Assembly (NCBI GenBank): GCA_965112735.1
Contig: CBCOSG010000002.1
Span: forward strand, 44,426 to 108,425
Reading direction: 5' to 3'
DNA from: Phaeosaccion multiseriatum
Lineage: Eukaryota > Protista > Ochrophyta, other classes
DNA length: 64,000 nt
Part shown: positions 11,352 through 23,568 of the stretch, one piece after another
Layout of the letters: each line of letters begins with the position of its first letter
How positions within the stretch are numbered: the stretch's first letter is position 1
Notes under the pieces: generated by a model
The model's input: only the letters and a program-made list of their open reading frames with translations
Databases searched by the model: none
Told to the model about the DNA's origin: nothing
Position numbers and translations under genes: made by a program

Positions 11352-12311
11352 TTAGAAATTTAACTCGGCAGCTTGAACTTTTTCAAACTGTTTTTTCTTA
11401 ATTACTAAGAATATTTGTGTTAGTAAAACTAATAAAGTAAAAATCATATAACCAATAATTCGATTTGGACTTTGTAAAACAATCTCTGTCTCGGTTTGAC
11501 CAAATCCTCCAACATTAGGATCTTTTGTTAATGGTTGATCAACTTGAATAACATCTTTTTCTTTTATAATTAATGATAAACCATTTGGAACAGTTTGGTT
11601 AACTTCATTTCCATCATTTGTTAACACTGTTAAATTCATACCGCCTTTATCTAAAGGACTAATTTGTTTGATTTGACCACTAACTGTAGATATGATAGAA
11701 TTATTATTACTTTTTTCACCAGTTGGATAAATTTGTCCTCTACCTCTATTTGCTCCCACATAAATAGGGTATTTAACAAAATTAATTTTTTTATTTGTAG
11801 CCGGATCCGGAGAAAGAACAGGAAATATAATTTCTTGATGTTGATCACCAGAAATTGGGCCAACTACTAAAATATTATCTTGTGTTGAACTATAAGGCGC
11901 TATATAAACACCTTTACTTTTATCTTTAATTTCTTGAGAAATTCTATCTTTTGGAGCTAGTTTAAAACCTTCAGGCAAAATAACAACAGCACCAACATTT
12001 AAGGGTCCTAATGTACCATTTCCTTGAATTTGCTTAACATCTTTATTATAAGGAATTTTAACCATAGTTTCAAAAACTTGGTCGGGTAAGATTGCTTGCG
12101 GAGCTTCAATTTCAACAGGTTTCTGTGCAAGATGACAATTAGCACAAGCAATTCTACCATTCGCTGCACGTGGATTAGTGTAGGCTTGTTGTGCATAAAC
12201 GGGGTATGCATCAGATTTTTCAATTGAAAAATTAAAAGTTAAACATAAAAAGCTCAATAAAATAACAGAAATTTCAACAATTTTATTTAACTTAAATTTA
12301 GAGTTCTTCAT
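11352..12311 (-). CDS. petA: Apocytochrome f
   Basis: YPVYAQQ, CANCH heme motif, GANRGRGQIYP. Confidence 0.99.
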   Translation of the reverse strand: MKNSKFKLNKIVEISVILLSFLCLTFNFSIEKSDAYPVYAQQAYTNPRAANGRIACANCHLAQKPVEIEAPQAILPDQVFETMVKIPYNKDVKQIQGNGTLGPLNVGAVVILPEGFKLAPKDRISQEIKDKSKGVYIAPYSSTQDNILVVGPISGDQHQEIIFPVLSPDPATNKKINFVKYPIYVGANRGRGQIYPTGEKSNNNSIISTVSGQIKQISPLDKGGMNLTVLTNDGNEVNQTVPNGLSLIIKEKDVIQVDQPLTKDPNVGGFGQTETEIVLQSPNRIIGYMIFTLLVLLTQIFLVIKKKQFEKVQAAELNF

Positions 12312-12371
12312 TCAAAACTTTTAGTACCATATAAAATTTTCAATATAGTTTTATAGAAAGGATATTTTTGA

Positions 12372-13144
12372 TTAGGTGCTTCGGTTTTTAACAATAGCTA
12401 AGGATACGATGCAACCACTTAGATATAATAAAAACAATGCTCCCGCAAGTAATAATTGGGTAAAAGGGTCAGCAGAAGGGGTTAAAATTGCTCCTATAAT
12501 AGTTGAGAAAATAATCATGTAACGCCAACCTTGTAACATTTTTCTAGGGTCTATTAATTGCGATAAACTAAAAAGAACTTGTAAAATTGGAACCTGAAAA
12601 ACAATTCCAGTACTCAAAAATAAAACAGAAATAAAGTTAAAATACTGATTGAATGATAAAAGAGGCTCTAACACCGGAGAACTATAATCAATAAAAAATT
12701 GTAAAGCAGCTGGTGTTAAAATAAAATAAGAAAAAAGAAGTCCTAATATAAATAACAAAATTGAACTTATCAATAATCCTAATACAAGTGTTTTCTCAGA
12801 CTTATTTAATCCTGGAAGTAAAAAAAAATTAGTTGACTAAGAATAATAGGTAGACTAAAGAGTAAGCCACTATAAAATGCAATACTTAATGTTGAAACAA
12901 AATATTCACCAGGAGAAGATTGAAAAAATTTGACCCCTTTTATTGGTAATTCTAGCCACTTAACAATGTACTGCACATTAATAAAAGATATCAGTATACT
13001 TAAAATTATTATGCCAAAAACTTGAATTAATCTCTGTCTTACTTCTTCAATATGCTCATCAAAAAATAATTCAACCATATTATTATCTGAAACATTTGAC
13101 TGTTTATTTTCAATAAGAAACTTGAAATAGTAATTGTAAAGCAT
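12372..13144 (-). CDS. tatC: Sec-independent translocase TatC, split by a one-base frameshift in the A9 run at 12820-12828
   Basis: N-half HIEEVRQRL...SPGEYF and C-half FQVPI...GAILTPSADP join as QLIFFLLPGLNKSEK if one T is added, giving about 257 aa. Confidence 0.92.
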
Positions 13145-13162
13145 CTTGAAAATATGTTAAAT

Positions 13163-13573
13163 CTAATTTAAATAATTAAATGCCAACACTCTAGCACTAG
13201 CACGTTTTAATTTTTGAATAGTTTCAAATTTTTCTTTTATAGTAATTGGCTTTGTTTCTGGATCTAAAGCTTCTTTTGTTAAAGAAGTTAAAATCTCATT
13301 AGCCTCATCTAAAGTAATTGTGATCTCTTCAACATCTCGAACAAGAACAGTTAATTCATTATTAGCGACAACGGCACAACCTTCTGATAAAAGTATAGGT
13401 TTCCAAACTTCATCAATTTTAATTCTAAATAAACCCACTTCTATAGCTGTAACTAATGGTATATGACCAGGTAGTATTCCTACTTGACCAGTTAATGTTG
13501 GTAAAATAGCCTGATCGGCCATTGTATCCCAGAGAATGCCATCTGTAGACATTAAAAGAATTTTTAAACTCAT
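13163..13573 (-). CDS. atpE: ATP synthase epsilon subunit
   Basis: ILPTLTGQVGILPGHIPL, LKRASAR; downstream of atpB. Confidence 0.95.
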   Translation of the reverse strand: MSLKILLMSTDGILWDTMADQAILPTLTGQVGILPGHIPLVTAIEVGLFRIKIDEVWKPILLSEGCAVVANNELTVLVRDVEEITITLDEANEILTSLTKEALDPETKPITIKEKFETIQKLKRASARVLAFNYLN

Positions 13574-13600
13574 AATAAATTTTGTAATTTTAATTTTATT

Positions 13601-15052
<1,452 letters not shown>

Positions 15053-15086
15053 TTATATATAAAAATTAATAGGGTTTCAAATTAAA

Positions 15087-15605
15087 TTAAAAGTTTTTTA
15101 CAGTTAATCGTCCAGTTGTTCTAAGCCAGTTTTGGGCTTCAATATAATTATTAGGGGCTAAGTTTACTGCTTGTTTCCAATATTCAGCTGCTTTATCAAA
15201 TAAAATTGTTGCAACTTCTGTATTTTGTTTTTCTGAAGCTTTAACTCCTTGGTAATGGTATATAACTGCTACATTGTTTAAAGCTTGAAATAAATTTGAA
15301 TTTAGTTCAATAGCTTGATGATAATACTCTAATGCTTTAATGTATTCACCATTACTTGCATATATCAAACCAATGTTATAAAGGATAAAACTTCGATCAT
15401 AAAGATCTTCTTCCATTTGTAACGCTTCATAATAATTTTCTAATGCTTCAGCATATTCTCCTTCAGACTGGGCTGAAAGTCCATCCCTGTAATAAAAAAA
15501 AGCCTGTTTTTCTTCTTTGCTTGCGGGAAATACTTTAAGTAGAATATCCGCCATAACCGTGAAAGTTTTGTCAATGAAATTATCATTTCTTTGTGAACGC
15601 CCCAT
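15087..15605 (-). CDS. ycf3: PSI assembly TPR protein Ycf3
   Basis: [25 protein letters not shown]. Confidence 0.99.
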   Translation of the reverse strand: MGRSQRNDNFIDKTFTVMADILLKVFPASKEEKQAFFYYRDGLSAQSEGEYAEALENYYEALQMEEDLYDRSFILYNIGLIYASNGEYIKALEYYHQAIELNSNLFQALNNVAVIYHYQGVKASEKQNTEVATILFDKAAEYWKQAVNLAPNNYIEAQNWLRTTGRLTVKNF

Positions 15606-15690
15606 ATTTTAGCTCACCTTAGTTATTATAAAATAACCGAAAAAGTATTATTAGTTTGTTTTTTTATACTACGTATAGACTATTATTAAA

Positions 15691-15906
15691 TTAATCATCT
15701 CTAGAGTTTAACGCAAGCAAGTGCAAAATACGTGCACGTTTTACTGATTTAGTCAATTGGTGCTGTTGTTTTAAAGTTAAACGGGTTACTCGACGAGGTA
15801 ATATTTTTCCCCGGACACTTAAAAAAGATTTTAATAAATCTATATCTTTATAATCAATAATTTGCTTAGGGGGCAATGACTGTGGACGACGTTTAATAAA
15901 AGGCAT
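15691..15906 (-). CDS. rps18: 30S ribosomal protein S18
   Basis: [18 protein letters not shown]. Confidence 0.97.
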   Translation of the reverse strand: MPFIKRRPQSLPPKQIIDYKDIDLLKSFLSVRGKILPRRVTRLTLKQQHQLTKSVKRARILHLLALNSRDD

Positions 15907-15910
15907 AAAT

Positions 15911-16105
15911 TTATTTTGTTTCTTTGTGAATAATATGTGAATTACAATTCGAGCAAAATTTTTTTAACTCTATCCGGTTTGGCGTGGTACGGCGATTTTT
16001 TTCCGTACTGTAACGTGAAACACCTGGCGAACGTTTCATTGTTTCTGTTTTACAATTTGTACATTCTAATGTAACTAAAATCCTAACACCTTTGCTTTTG
16101 GCCAT
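15911..16105 (-). CDS. rpl33: 50S ribosomal protein L33
   Basis: [28 protein letters not shown]. Confidence 0.97.
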   Translation of the reverse strand: MAKSKGVRILVTLECTNCKTETMKRSPGVSRYSTEKNRRTTPNRIELKKFCSNCNSHIIHKETK

Positions 16106-16337
16106 AAATTTAAAAAGAGTTTTTCTTACATAGTATTATATAAATTTAAATATAAAAGCAAGCTTTATATTTTACTTTATGGAATACTACCTAAGAATTT
16201 TTTTTACAGGTTGACATAGTTAATGTATAATAGCTTATAATATTATCCACATACTATAGAAATATAGACATAAATAACTCAGATTCTAGTTTTTGTTATT
16301 TATACCGTTTTAAAGTTTAACTAACCACAATTATTAT

Positions 16338-16628
16338 ATGGCTAATTCCAAATCAGCAACTAAAAGAATAAAAGTAAATAAAAGAAATCATGATAGAAAT
16401 TTAAATATTAAATCAAGTATGAAAACTTTTATAAAAAAATATTTTCAAGTTTTAAGAGAATATGAAATTACTAAGAGTAATGAAAAATATGAGGGAGCTT
16501 TAAAGTTATTATCAATAGCTTACAGTAAAATCGATAAAGCACAAAAAAATAATTTACTTCACCGTAATACAGCAGCTCATAAAAAAGCCCGATTAAAAAA
16601 AGCTTTAGCCAAATTCGAAACTAATTAA
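16338..16628 (+). CDS. rps20: 30S ribosomal protein S20
   Basis: MANSKSATKRI, SKIDKA, LHRNTAA. Confidence 0.96.
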   Translation: MANSKSATKRIKVNKRNHDRNLNIKSSMKTFIKKYFQVLREYEITKSNEKYEGALKLLSIAYSKIDKAQKNNLLHRNTAAHKKARLKKALAKFETN

Positions 16629-16671
16629 AAATAAATTAGCTACGTCTCTCCTAAATGTCACTACTCTTTAT

Positions 16672-16710
16672 ATAAATTATTATATAATACATTGTTATAT
16701 AATAATTTAT
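16672..16710. terminator. 16-bp inverted repeat after rps20
   Basis: ATAAATTATTATATAA-N7-TTATATAATAATTTAT. Confidence 0.55.
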
Positions 16711-16737
16711 TAACTAAATTTTTAAAATATAAATAAT

Positions 16738-19140
16738 ATGTCAATTTTTGATAAAATTTTTTTTGAAATTTCTTTTGAAATACTAGAAGGAAAACGGGTC
16801 GTGGTTGAAAAATATAATATTATCGTTGAAAAATATAAACAATTTCAAAAAAGAAATGATCCAGATCCTTGGCCAGTTAAAAAAATACAATCGGATGAAG
16901 AATATATAGATGACGTAAAAGCAGTTGTAGAGACTAAAATTTTAGAACAATTAATTATAGATCTTCACGAAGCAACAAAGATAAGATTTAAATTTGAACA
17001 ACTTATTCGTTTACAATCAAATTATTACACCCAATTAGGACGAAGAGAAAAATTTATTAATAGACTTAATCAACAGAGAGTTTTTTTAATAGCCCACAAA
17101 AAATTAAATTTTAATCTTACCCCAAAATATTTAAAAGTTAAAAATATAAAGGAAAATTTAGAATTAGTTCGTGAGTGGCATGGAAAAAATAAATTATATG
17201 TCTCACGTACTCAAAGTCACCCGAATTCACCATTTCACACAAAACAGTTTAATTCTTTATTTTTTTTTAGAAAATTAACATATATACTTAATGAAAAATA
17301 TAAAGTACCACGGGCTAATGAGGCAATTTTAATTCAACGGTTAACTCCAAAGGGAGAATACAACTGGCTTAAACATTATTTAATAAAATGCGTAGCTAAA
17401 GACTATTATTTAAATCAAATCAATTACGACCGCAATAATCCTTATTTTGTTGATAAGAAAAGAGTTGATATTCTTATTAATGGAGGAGTACATGTAGCGT
17501 CTGTTTCAAAACCAGGACTAATTTTTAATCAAGAATATGAAGACCAAATAATTAATAAAAGTGGTATGAATTCGGCCATTATTAATGATAAAATTATTAA
17601 ACCAGAAGAATCCATTTTAGAACCAAATACTGGAAAAAAGACGAAAAAATTAAGAAAGAAAAAATTTCGTAAATCAAAACAAAAAAATAGCAACATATCA
17701 ACTAAAACTACCAAAGATAGACCAAGAAAAGAAAAAGAAGAACAAACAAAAAAACTTTCTAAAGCACAGAAAGAATTTGAAGTACAATACTTTAATATGC
17801 CTAAAGGTCTTTATAATACTAAATTAAATCAATTTATAAACAAAGCTAATGTTGAATGGACTCCAGATGAAATTCATGATTATTATTATGAATACGATGA
17901 CGTAGATTATCCCGATTTTCATTTCACTCCACAATTAAGTTATGAATTTGGGGGTCAAAGAACAAGAGGAAATGTTTACTACCAAAATAATAAAGGTGGC
18001 ATTAATCCTATCTTACCTATTTTTGGTGACTATGAATCATGTCTAAATGCATTCGAAGGGGCAATCAATAAGACTACAGAATTTTGTCAATATATGGCAG
18101 CATCCACTAACATAGAACAAAGAACTGTAGTAACACTTCGGGCTATAAATAATATGTCATCTGCACAAATTATAGAAGTTGGGTTAGGTGATTTAGTTAA
18201 ACATTATTGTAAAGATGAAAAAGTATGGGAAAATTTGGAAATAATTTTGATACCGTCATCTGAAGCACGAGTTTATTCTACTAAATTAAGTTCCCAACAG
18301 AAGTTATATAAATATTTTAAATTATATTCTAAACCTCATAAATGGTTAAAAAAAGAAAAAAATGATGAACTTAAACACATGTCAATGTCGTTTGGAGAAT
18401 TACAAAAAGAGTATGAAGGGTATCTTAACTTAAAACGATTATTTTTTTTAAGATTAACTCCATATGAGTGGGCTCTAAAAGCAAGAATAAGAATGGCACT
18501 AGCCGAAAGACGACAAAGAGAAAGTAAAAAAATTATGGGGAATAAATTCAAAGCTAAAATGGCCAGACTGGAGCTGGAGTTGGAAGAGAGAACAATAAAT
18601 TTAGAGATAGCTCTGGAAGAAGGAATAAAAAAATTAGAAGAAAGAACACAGGCAATAAAAGAAAGAACACAATTATACGGCTATTTTTTTGTAAAAAAAA
18701 ACATAGGAGTTGACGAGGAAATAATAAGATTAAATGAAAAAACGCAGATAGTAGAGCAAAAAACAAAATTAGTAAGACAAAAAACTGAAATCCAACAAAA
18801 ATTACAAAAATTGGGAAAAACAAAAACCGAAAGAAAACAAAAAAAAGAATTAAAGAAAGAAAAGGCTGAGATTGAAAAAAAATTACGCAAAGTAAAAAAA
18901 AAGATAATTAAAGTGGATAAATTAGAGTTATCTAAACAAATAGAAATAAGCAAGCGGTTAGAAAAAGAGAGAAAACAATTTGCAAAAGAAAGAAGAGATG
19001 AAGATAGAGAATTCGAAAAAGAAAGACAGCAAGAAATCAAACAAGAAAAAAAGGAGGAAAAAGAAAGAAAAAAACAAATCAAAAAAGATAGACAAGAAAA
19101 AAATAAAGAGAAGAAAAAAAAGAAGCGAGAAGAAAAATAA
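16738..19140 (+). CDS. 800 aa ORF, possibly an expanded Ycf80/Tic22-like protein with a Lys/Glu-rich coiled-coil tail
   Basis: Long uninterrupted ORF; segment ILPIFGDYESC...IIEVGLGDLVKHY...WENLEIILIPSSEA resembles the Tic22 C-terminal pattern (by eye only). Confidence 0.5.
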   Translation: MSIFDKIFFEISFEILEGKRVVVEKYNIIVEKYKQFQKRNDPDPWPVKKIQSDEEYIDDVKAVVETKILEQLIIDLHEATKIRFKFEQLIRLQSNYYTQLGRREKFINRLNQQRVFLIAHKKLNFNLTPKYLKVKNIKENLELVREWHGKNKLYVSRTQSHPNSPFHTKQFNSLFFFRKLTYILNEKYKVPRANEAILIQRLTPKGEYNWLKHYLIKCVAKDYYLNQINYDRNNPYFVDKKRVDILINGGVHVASVSKPGLIFNQEYEDQIINKSGMNSAIINDKIIKPEESILEPNTGKKTKKLRKKKFRKSKQKNSNISTKTTKDRPRKEKEEQTKKLSKAQKEFEVQYFNMPKGLYNTKLNQFINKANVEWTPDEIHDYYYEYDDVDYPDFHFTPQLSYEFGGQRTRGNVYYQNNKGGINPILPIFGDYESCLNAFEGAINKTTEFCQYMAASTNIEQRTVVTLRAINNMSSAQIIEVGLGDLVKHYCKDEKVWENLEIILIPSSEARVYSTKLSSQQKLYKYFKLYSKPHKWLKKEKNDELKHMSMSFGELQKEYEGYLNLKRLFFLRLTPYEWALKARIRMALAERRQRESKKIMGNKFKAKMARLELELEERTINLEIALEEGIKKLEERTQAIKERTQLYGYFFVKKNIGVDEEIIRLNEKTQIVEQKTKLVRQKTEIQQKLQKLGKTKTERKQKKELKKEKAEIEKKLRKVKKKIIKVDKLELSKQIEISKRLEKERKQFAKERRDEDREFEKERQQEIKQEKKEEKERKKQIKKDRQEKNKEKKKKKREEK

Positions 19141-19222
19141 ATTATATAAAAAATAATAAGGTTTAGTTATGGCCTTTATTATTTTTTTGATTGACTATAG
19201 ATATGATACCTTTAATCTTAAA

Positions 19223-19304
19223 TAGGCCGAGTTGGATTTGAACCAACGTAGGCAAAACCAATGGATTTACAATCCACCCCCTTTAACCACTCGGGCATCG
19301 ACCC
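19223..19304 (-). tRNA. trnY: tRNA-Tyr(GUA)
   Basis: GGGTCGATGCCCGAGTGG...TTGTAAA anticodon loop, long variable arm. Confidence 0.95.
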
Positions 19305-19359
19305 ATAATACGTAGGCTTGTGCTGACATACTAATATTAGTACACGCCTACGTATTATG
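19304..19359. terminator. Stem-loop between the atpA stop and trnY
   Basis: CATAATACGTAGGC...GCCTACGTATTATG 14-bp perfect arms. Confidence 0.65.
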
Positions 19360-19386
19360 TCAATTGTTAAATTAAATATAATTTAT

Positions 19387-20928
19387 TTATTTTGATTCTA
19401 CTTCTGGTTCATCTGATACATAATCTTTTTTGACTTTATCTAATACCGACTGTAAAAATGATTCAGCATCTGCATCTAAAGCTTTCTTTTTAGATATAAT
19501 ATCAATAAATTTTTCCTTATCTTTATTTAATGAAGTACGAACATCTGATATATAATTTTTAATTTGACTAACTTCTAATGTATCTAAATATCCTTTTGTT
19601 CCAGCATAAATGATGGCTACCTGTTCTTCAACACGAATTGGTGAATTTTGTGCTTGTTTTAAAATTTCTCTTAACCGCACACCACGTGCTAATTGATTCT
19701 GGGTTGTCTGATCTAAATCTGACGCAAATTGTGAAAAGGCTTCAAGTTCATCAAATTGAGCTAATTCCAATTTTAATGTACCAGCAACTTGTTTCATAGC
19801 CTTTATCTGTGCTGCTGATCCTACACGGGAAACTGAAATACCAACATTAATAGCTGGTCTTAAACCAGAATTAAATAAATCACCAGATAAGAAAATTTGA
19901 CCATCAGTAATGGAAATTACATTTGTAGGAATATAAGCTGATACGTCATTAGCTTGTGTTTCGATAATAGGTAACGCTGTCATACTTCCGCTGCCTAATT
20001 CATCATTTAATTTTGCTGCCCGTTCTAATAAACGTGAGTGTAAATAAAAAACATCTCCAGGGTAAGCTTCACGACCTGGTGGACGACGTAATAATAAAGA
20101 CATTTGGCGATAAGCTGAAGCTTGTTTTGATAAATCATCATAAACAATTAATGTACTTTTACCTTTATACATAAAATATTCAGCAATTGAAGCTCCCGTA
20201 TAAGGAGCAATATATTGTAAAGTAGCTGGTTGATTTGCATTAGCCGCTACAATCACAGTATAGTCCATTGCTCCTTTTTCTTCCAAAGTTGTTACTGCTT
20301 GAGCTACTGATGAAGCTTTTTGGCCAATAGCAACATAAACACAAACAACGTCCTCACTTTTTTGATTAATTATGGTATCTATAGCAATAGATGTTTTTCC
20401 CGTTTGACGATCCCCAATAATTAATTCCCTTTGTCCTCGACCAATTGGAATCATAGCATCAATTGCAGTAATTCCAGTTTGTAAAGGTTCACAAACGGAT
20501 TTTCGGCTGATAATTCCAGGAGCCATTGATTCTACTAAACGAGTTTCATTTGTATCAATATCACCTTTTCCATCAATTGGAAATGCTAAAGGATCAACAA
20601 TTCGTCCTAACATGTTTTCACCTACAGCTACTTGAGCAATTTTTCCCGTAGCTTTAACAGTACTCCCTTGTAAAACTGTCCGTCCTTCACTCATTAATAC
20701 CGCTCCAACATTATCTAATTCTAGATTTAAAGCAATACCAACACTTCCATCTTCAAATTCTAATAGTTCACCTGCCATAGCTTCAGTCAAACCATGGATA
20801 CGTGCAATGCCGTCCCCTACTTGTAAAACTGATCCTACTGAATTTATTTCAACAGGTAAATTAGAATCTTCTAGGGCTTTTTTAATTATAGAAACAACTT
20901 CAGTTGCTTTAGGGTTCAATTTACTCAT
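19387..20928 (-). CDS. atpA: ATP synthase alpha subunit
   Basis: [31 protein letters not shown]. Confidence 0.99.
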   Translation of the reverse strand: MSKLNPKATEVVSIIKKALEDSNLPVEINSVGSVLQVGDGIARIHGLTEAMAGELLEFEDGSVGIALNLELDNVGAVLMSEGRTVLQGSTVKATGKIAQVAVGENMLGRIVDPLAFPIDGKGDIDTNETRLVESMAPGIISRKSVCEPLQTGITAIDAMIPIGRGQRELIIGDRQTGKTSIAIDTIINQKSEDVVCVYVAIGQKASSVAQAVTTLEEKGAMDYTVIVAANANQPATLQYIAPYTGASIAEYFMYKGKSTLIVYDDLSKQASAYRQMSLLLRRPPGREAYPGDVFYLHSRLLERAAKLNDELGSGSMTALPIIETQANDVSAYIPTNVISITDGQIFLSGDLFNSGLRPAINVGISVSRVGSAAQIKAMKQVAGTLKLELAQFDELEAFSQFASDLDQTTQNQLARGVRLREILKQAQNSPIRVEEQVAIIYAGTKGYLDTLEVSQIKNYISDVRTSLNKDKEKFIDIISKKKALDADAESFLQSVLDKVKKDYVSDEPEVESK

Positions 20929-21018
20929 AATTTTGGATAAAATATAATTAGTTTATTTAGTGGGTAAAAATAATAGTTTAAAATCAAAGAATAGTTTGTT
21001 TAACCGATTATTAATCTA

Positions 21019-21864
21019 TTAGCCTAGATTTATATCATGTTTTTTAATTAAATCTTTTAGTTGATTATTAAGATAATTTTTAAGACTTAAATCTATCATG
21101 TAAAAATCTATTTTAATAGTTATGCCGGTCATAAGACTTGGGTTAACATGGTAAGTAATCTCGTGTTCGCGAGTCGTTAAATGATTTTCTCGATTTAATT
21201 TTTTTAGTAATTTATTTAACCCATCGAAATTCTCTTGTTTCGATTTCGATTTTGTTACCTTATACTCTTTATCATCTTCCATCTTCGCTTTCGTTAATGC
21301 ATACCTTTTTTCATCTTCCATTAATGCTACCATTACAATACTTTTGCCGATTATTAACTTTAAGCTATCTTCAACTTTTTTTTGTTGAGAAAGAGTTAAT
21401 TCTCGCGCTGAAGTAATATCAACAATTGCAACACCACTGTTTTTGTTTTTTATGAGGATAAGTTGTTCAACAATAATTTTAAGGCAACTAATACGATTTT
21501 GATCTAAAAGATAATTCAAGAATTTATATGTATGGACTGAGAATGATTCCCCAAAAATGGTTTCAAGAGTTAATCTTTTATCTGAAGGTCTGACTAAAGG
21601 ATGATTAAAAAAATTCATTACTATATTTTCATTACCCTCATTATTTTCTAAGTAACTTAAAAATAGTTGTAATTCTTTAATTGTCTTACCCATTAAAATA
21701 ATCTTTGTGTTCTCTCTATTATCCCCTTTCGGAGCTTCACCAGTACCAGGACTTAGAAGCTCTAGACAACTAAAGTCTGCATCGCGATCAAGTTCAAAAA
21801 TAACAATATCTAACATATATTCAAAAAAGGCCTCAGCATAAGGTAAAGCAATTTTTCTACTCAT
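21019..21864 (-). CDS. atpD: ATP synthase delta subunit, expanded to 281 aa
   Basis: KIALPYAEAF start, FFNHP, ITSAREL, VNPSLMTGITIKI...IDLSL; lies between atpF and atpA. Confidence 0.88.
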   Translation of the reverse strand: MSRKIALPYAEAFFEYMLDIVIFELDRDADFSCLELLSPGTGEAPKGDNRENTKIILMGKTIKELQLFLSYLENNEGNENIVMNFFNHPLVRPSDKRLTLETIFGESFSVHTYKFLNYLLDQNRISCLKIIVEQLILIKNKNSGVAIVDITSARELTLSQQKKVEDSLKLIIGKSIVMVALMEDEKRYALTKAKMEDDKEYKVTKSKSKQENFDGLNKLLKKLNRENHLTTREHEITYHVNPSLMTGITIKIDFYMIDLSLKNYLNNQLKDLIKKHDINLG

Positions 21865-22421
21865 AAAGTTTCTCCTTTGTCGGCTTTATATATACAGAAT
21901 GTAAGAAGGTTATCCAACGCTTTCTTCACACAGGCATCACTTTCCATAGTCTTTTTTAAATAAGATTGTAATTGTAAAGGGATTTTCTTAACAATTGCAT
22001 TTTCTATTTTGTTATCTTCTTCATTTTTAAAAGATTCTTCTAAATTTTCACACTTTGTCTTCGTTACTAAAGAAATTTCTTGAAACTTTTTTATCCCTTT
22101 TTCACGACATTCTAAAAATTTTTCTAATTCTTTTTTCGAAGCTTCTTTTTTATTTTCAGCAATTAAAATTTTTACTTGCTTTGCTTTTTCTGTTGCCTCA
22201 ACTAAAGAATTGCGTGCATCTGTTAATCGTTTTTCTGCATTTTCGATCTTTTGGCAAACAACTGTAGCTCGATCATCAATCATTTGTTTAACTGCTTTAC
22301 CAGCTGTTGCCAATATCACAGGAACAAATATACCAATATTAATTATATTTGTTTCAAATAGATTAGTGTTAATACCAAAACCTTCATTTGATAAAATAAA
22401 GAAAGTTACCCAATTTTGCAT
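21861..22421 (-). CDS. atpF: ATP synthase subunit b (CF0-I), divergent
   Basis: EGFGINTNLFETNIINI N-terminus; 4-nt overlap with atpD. Confidence 0.92.
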   Translation of the reverse strand: MQNWVTFFILSNEGFGINTNLFETNIINIGIFVPVILATAGKAVKQMIDDRATVVCQKIENAEKRLTDARNSLVEATEKAKQVKILIAENKKEASKKELEKFLECREKGIKKFQEISLVTKTKCENLEESFKNEEDNKIENAIVKKIPLQLQSYLKKTMESDACVKKALDNLLTFCIYKADKGETL

Positions 22422-22588
22422 ATTTACTTTTACCTTTACTAATTAAAAAATCATAGAAATAAGTTATTTAATTTGTCGTATCTCATCGACAGCATTATAT
22501 CGAAGGCTTTTAATACATTTAATACAGTGTTGATAAATATTAATATATTATTTTAAATTTAGAAAATAGCTACATACATATCATAATA

Positions 22589-22628
22589 AATTTTTAAGTA
22601 AAAAACCCAAATTTTTTACTTAAAAATT
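22589..22628. terminator. 17-bp inverted repeat in the atpG-atpF spacer
   Basis: AATTTTTAAGTAAAAAA-CCCAAA-TTTTTTACTTAAAAATT. Confidence 0.55.
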
Positions 22629-22651
22629 CTATTTTTATCCATATTAGATAA

Positions 22652-23128
22652 TTATTTCAAATAATTATCTAATATAGATCTAGCAGCTTGCTTACTTGCT
22701 TCTGTTATATTTGGTTCTTCATCAATTAGTTTTTGTTCAAGTTTTTGTTCAAGCTCTTTAGTAAGTTTAACAATTACTAAAGAATTAGAATTTTCTAAAT
22801 TTTTTATTTTTTCTTCCACAATACCTTGATAAAATTTATCAATAGTATCTCCAGTAATGTCAACCTGTTTTTTTGCTCTAATTCGTAAGTTATCGTAACG
22901 CAGATGATGCTTTGTTGCTATCTCTAAAATATAAACAGCTTTCATTAAAGTTTTTCGGATATAGTCCTTACGGTCATCAAAAATAGTAAGTAAAGGGTTA
23001 TATAAAATAGGTTGGAGAACAAATGTTAAAATCAGAAACTGTACTGCGATTAATATTAATGTACCGTCAAAATCAAATAATCCCCCAGTTTTTTCTGTTG
23101 TAAGAATTAAAAATGTGCTATTTATCAT
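22652..23128 (-). CDS. atpG: ATP synthase subunit b' (CF0-II)
   Basis: GGLFDFDGTL, ILYNPL. Confidence 0.94.
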   Translation of the reverse strand: MINSTFLILTTEKTGGLFDFDGTLILIAVQFLILTFVLQPILYNPLLTIFDDRKDYIRKTLMKAVYILEIATKHHLRYDNLRIRAKKQVDITGDTIDKFYQGIVEEKIKNLENSNSLVIVKLTKELEQKLEQKLIDEEPNITEASKQAARSILDNYLK

Positions 23129-23246
23129 GAGGATATTATTTATATTCTATAAATTTAAGTTTTATCTAAGAAAACCATCTTAATATTTTATTAGTTAAGA
23201 AAAAAACATAATAAAGTTTTCAATTTTAGAAATTTTTATATAGGTT

Positions 23247-23510
<264 letters not shown>

Positions 23511-23568
23511 TTATAATTGTAAAAAATTTAATTGACAGATTTCAAATGAATATTAAAAGATAGTGTTG

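Noticed and set aside
17529-19082. Phe/Leu/Ser-rich minus-strand ORFs opposite ORF800
   Set aside because: Antisense shadows of Lys/Glu (A-rich) codons with no independent gene signals
21690-21810. AtpD insertion containing 'CLELL' as a possible intein
   Set aside because: Too short, with no block B His and no terminal HN-[CST]
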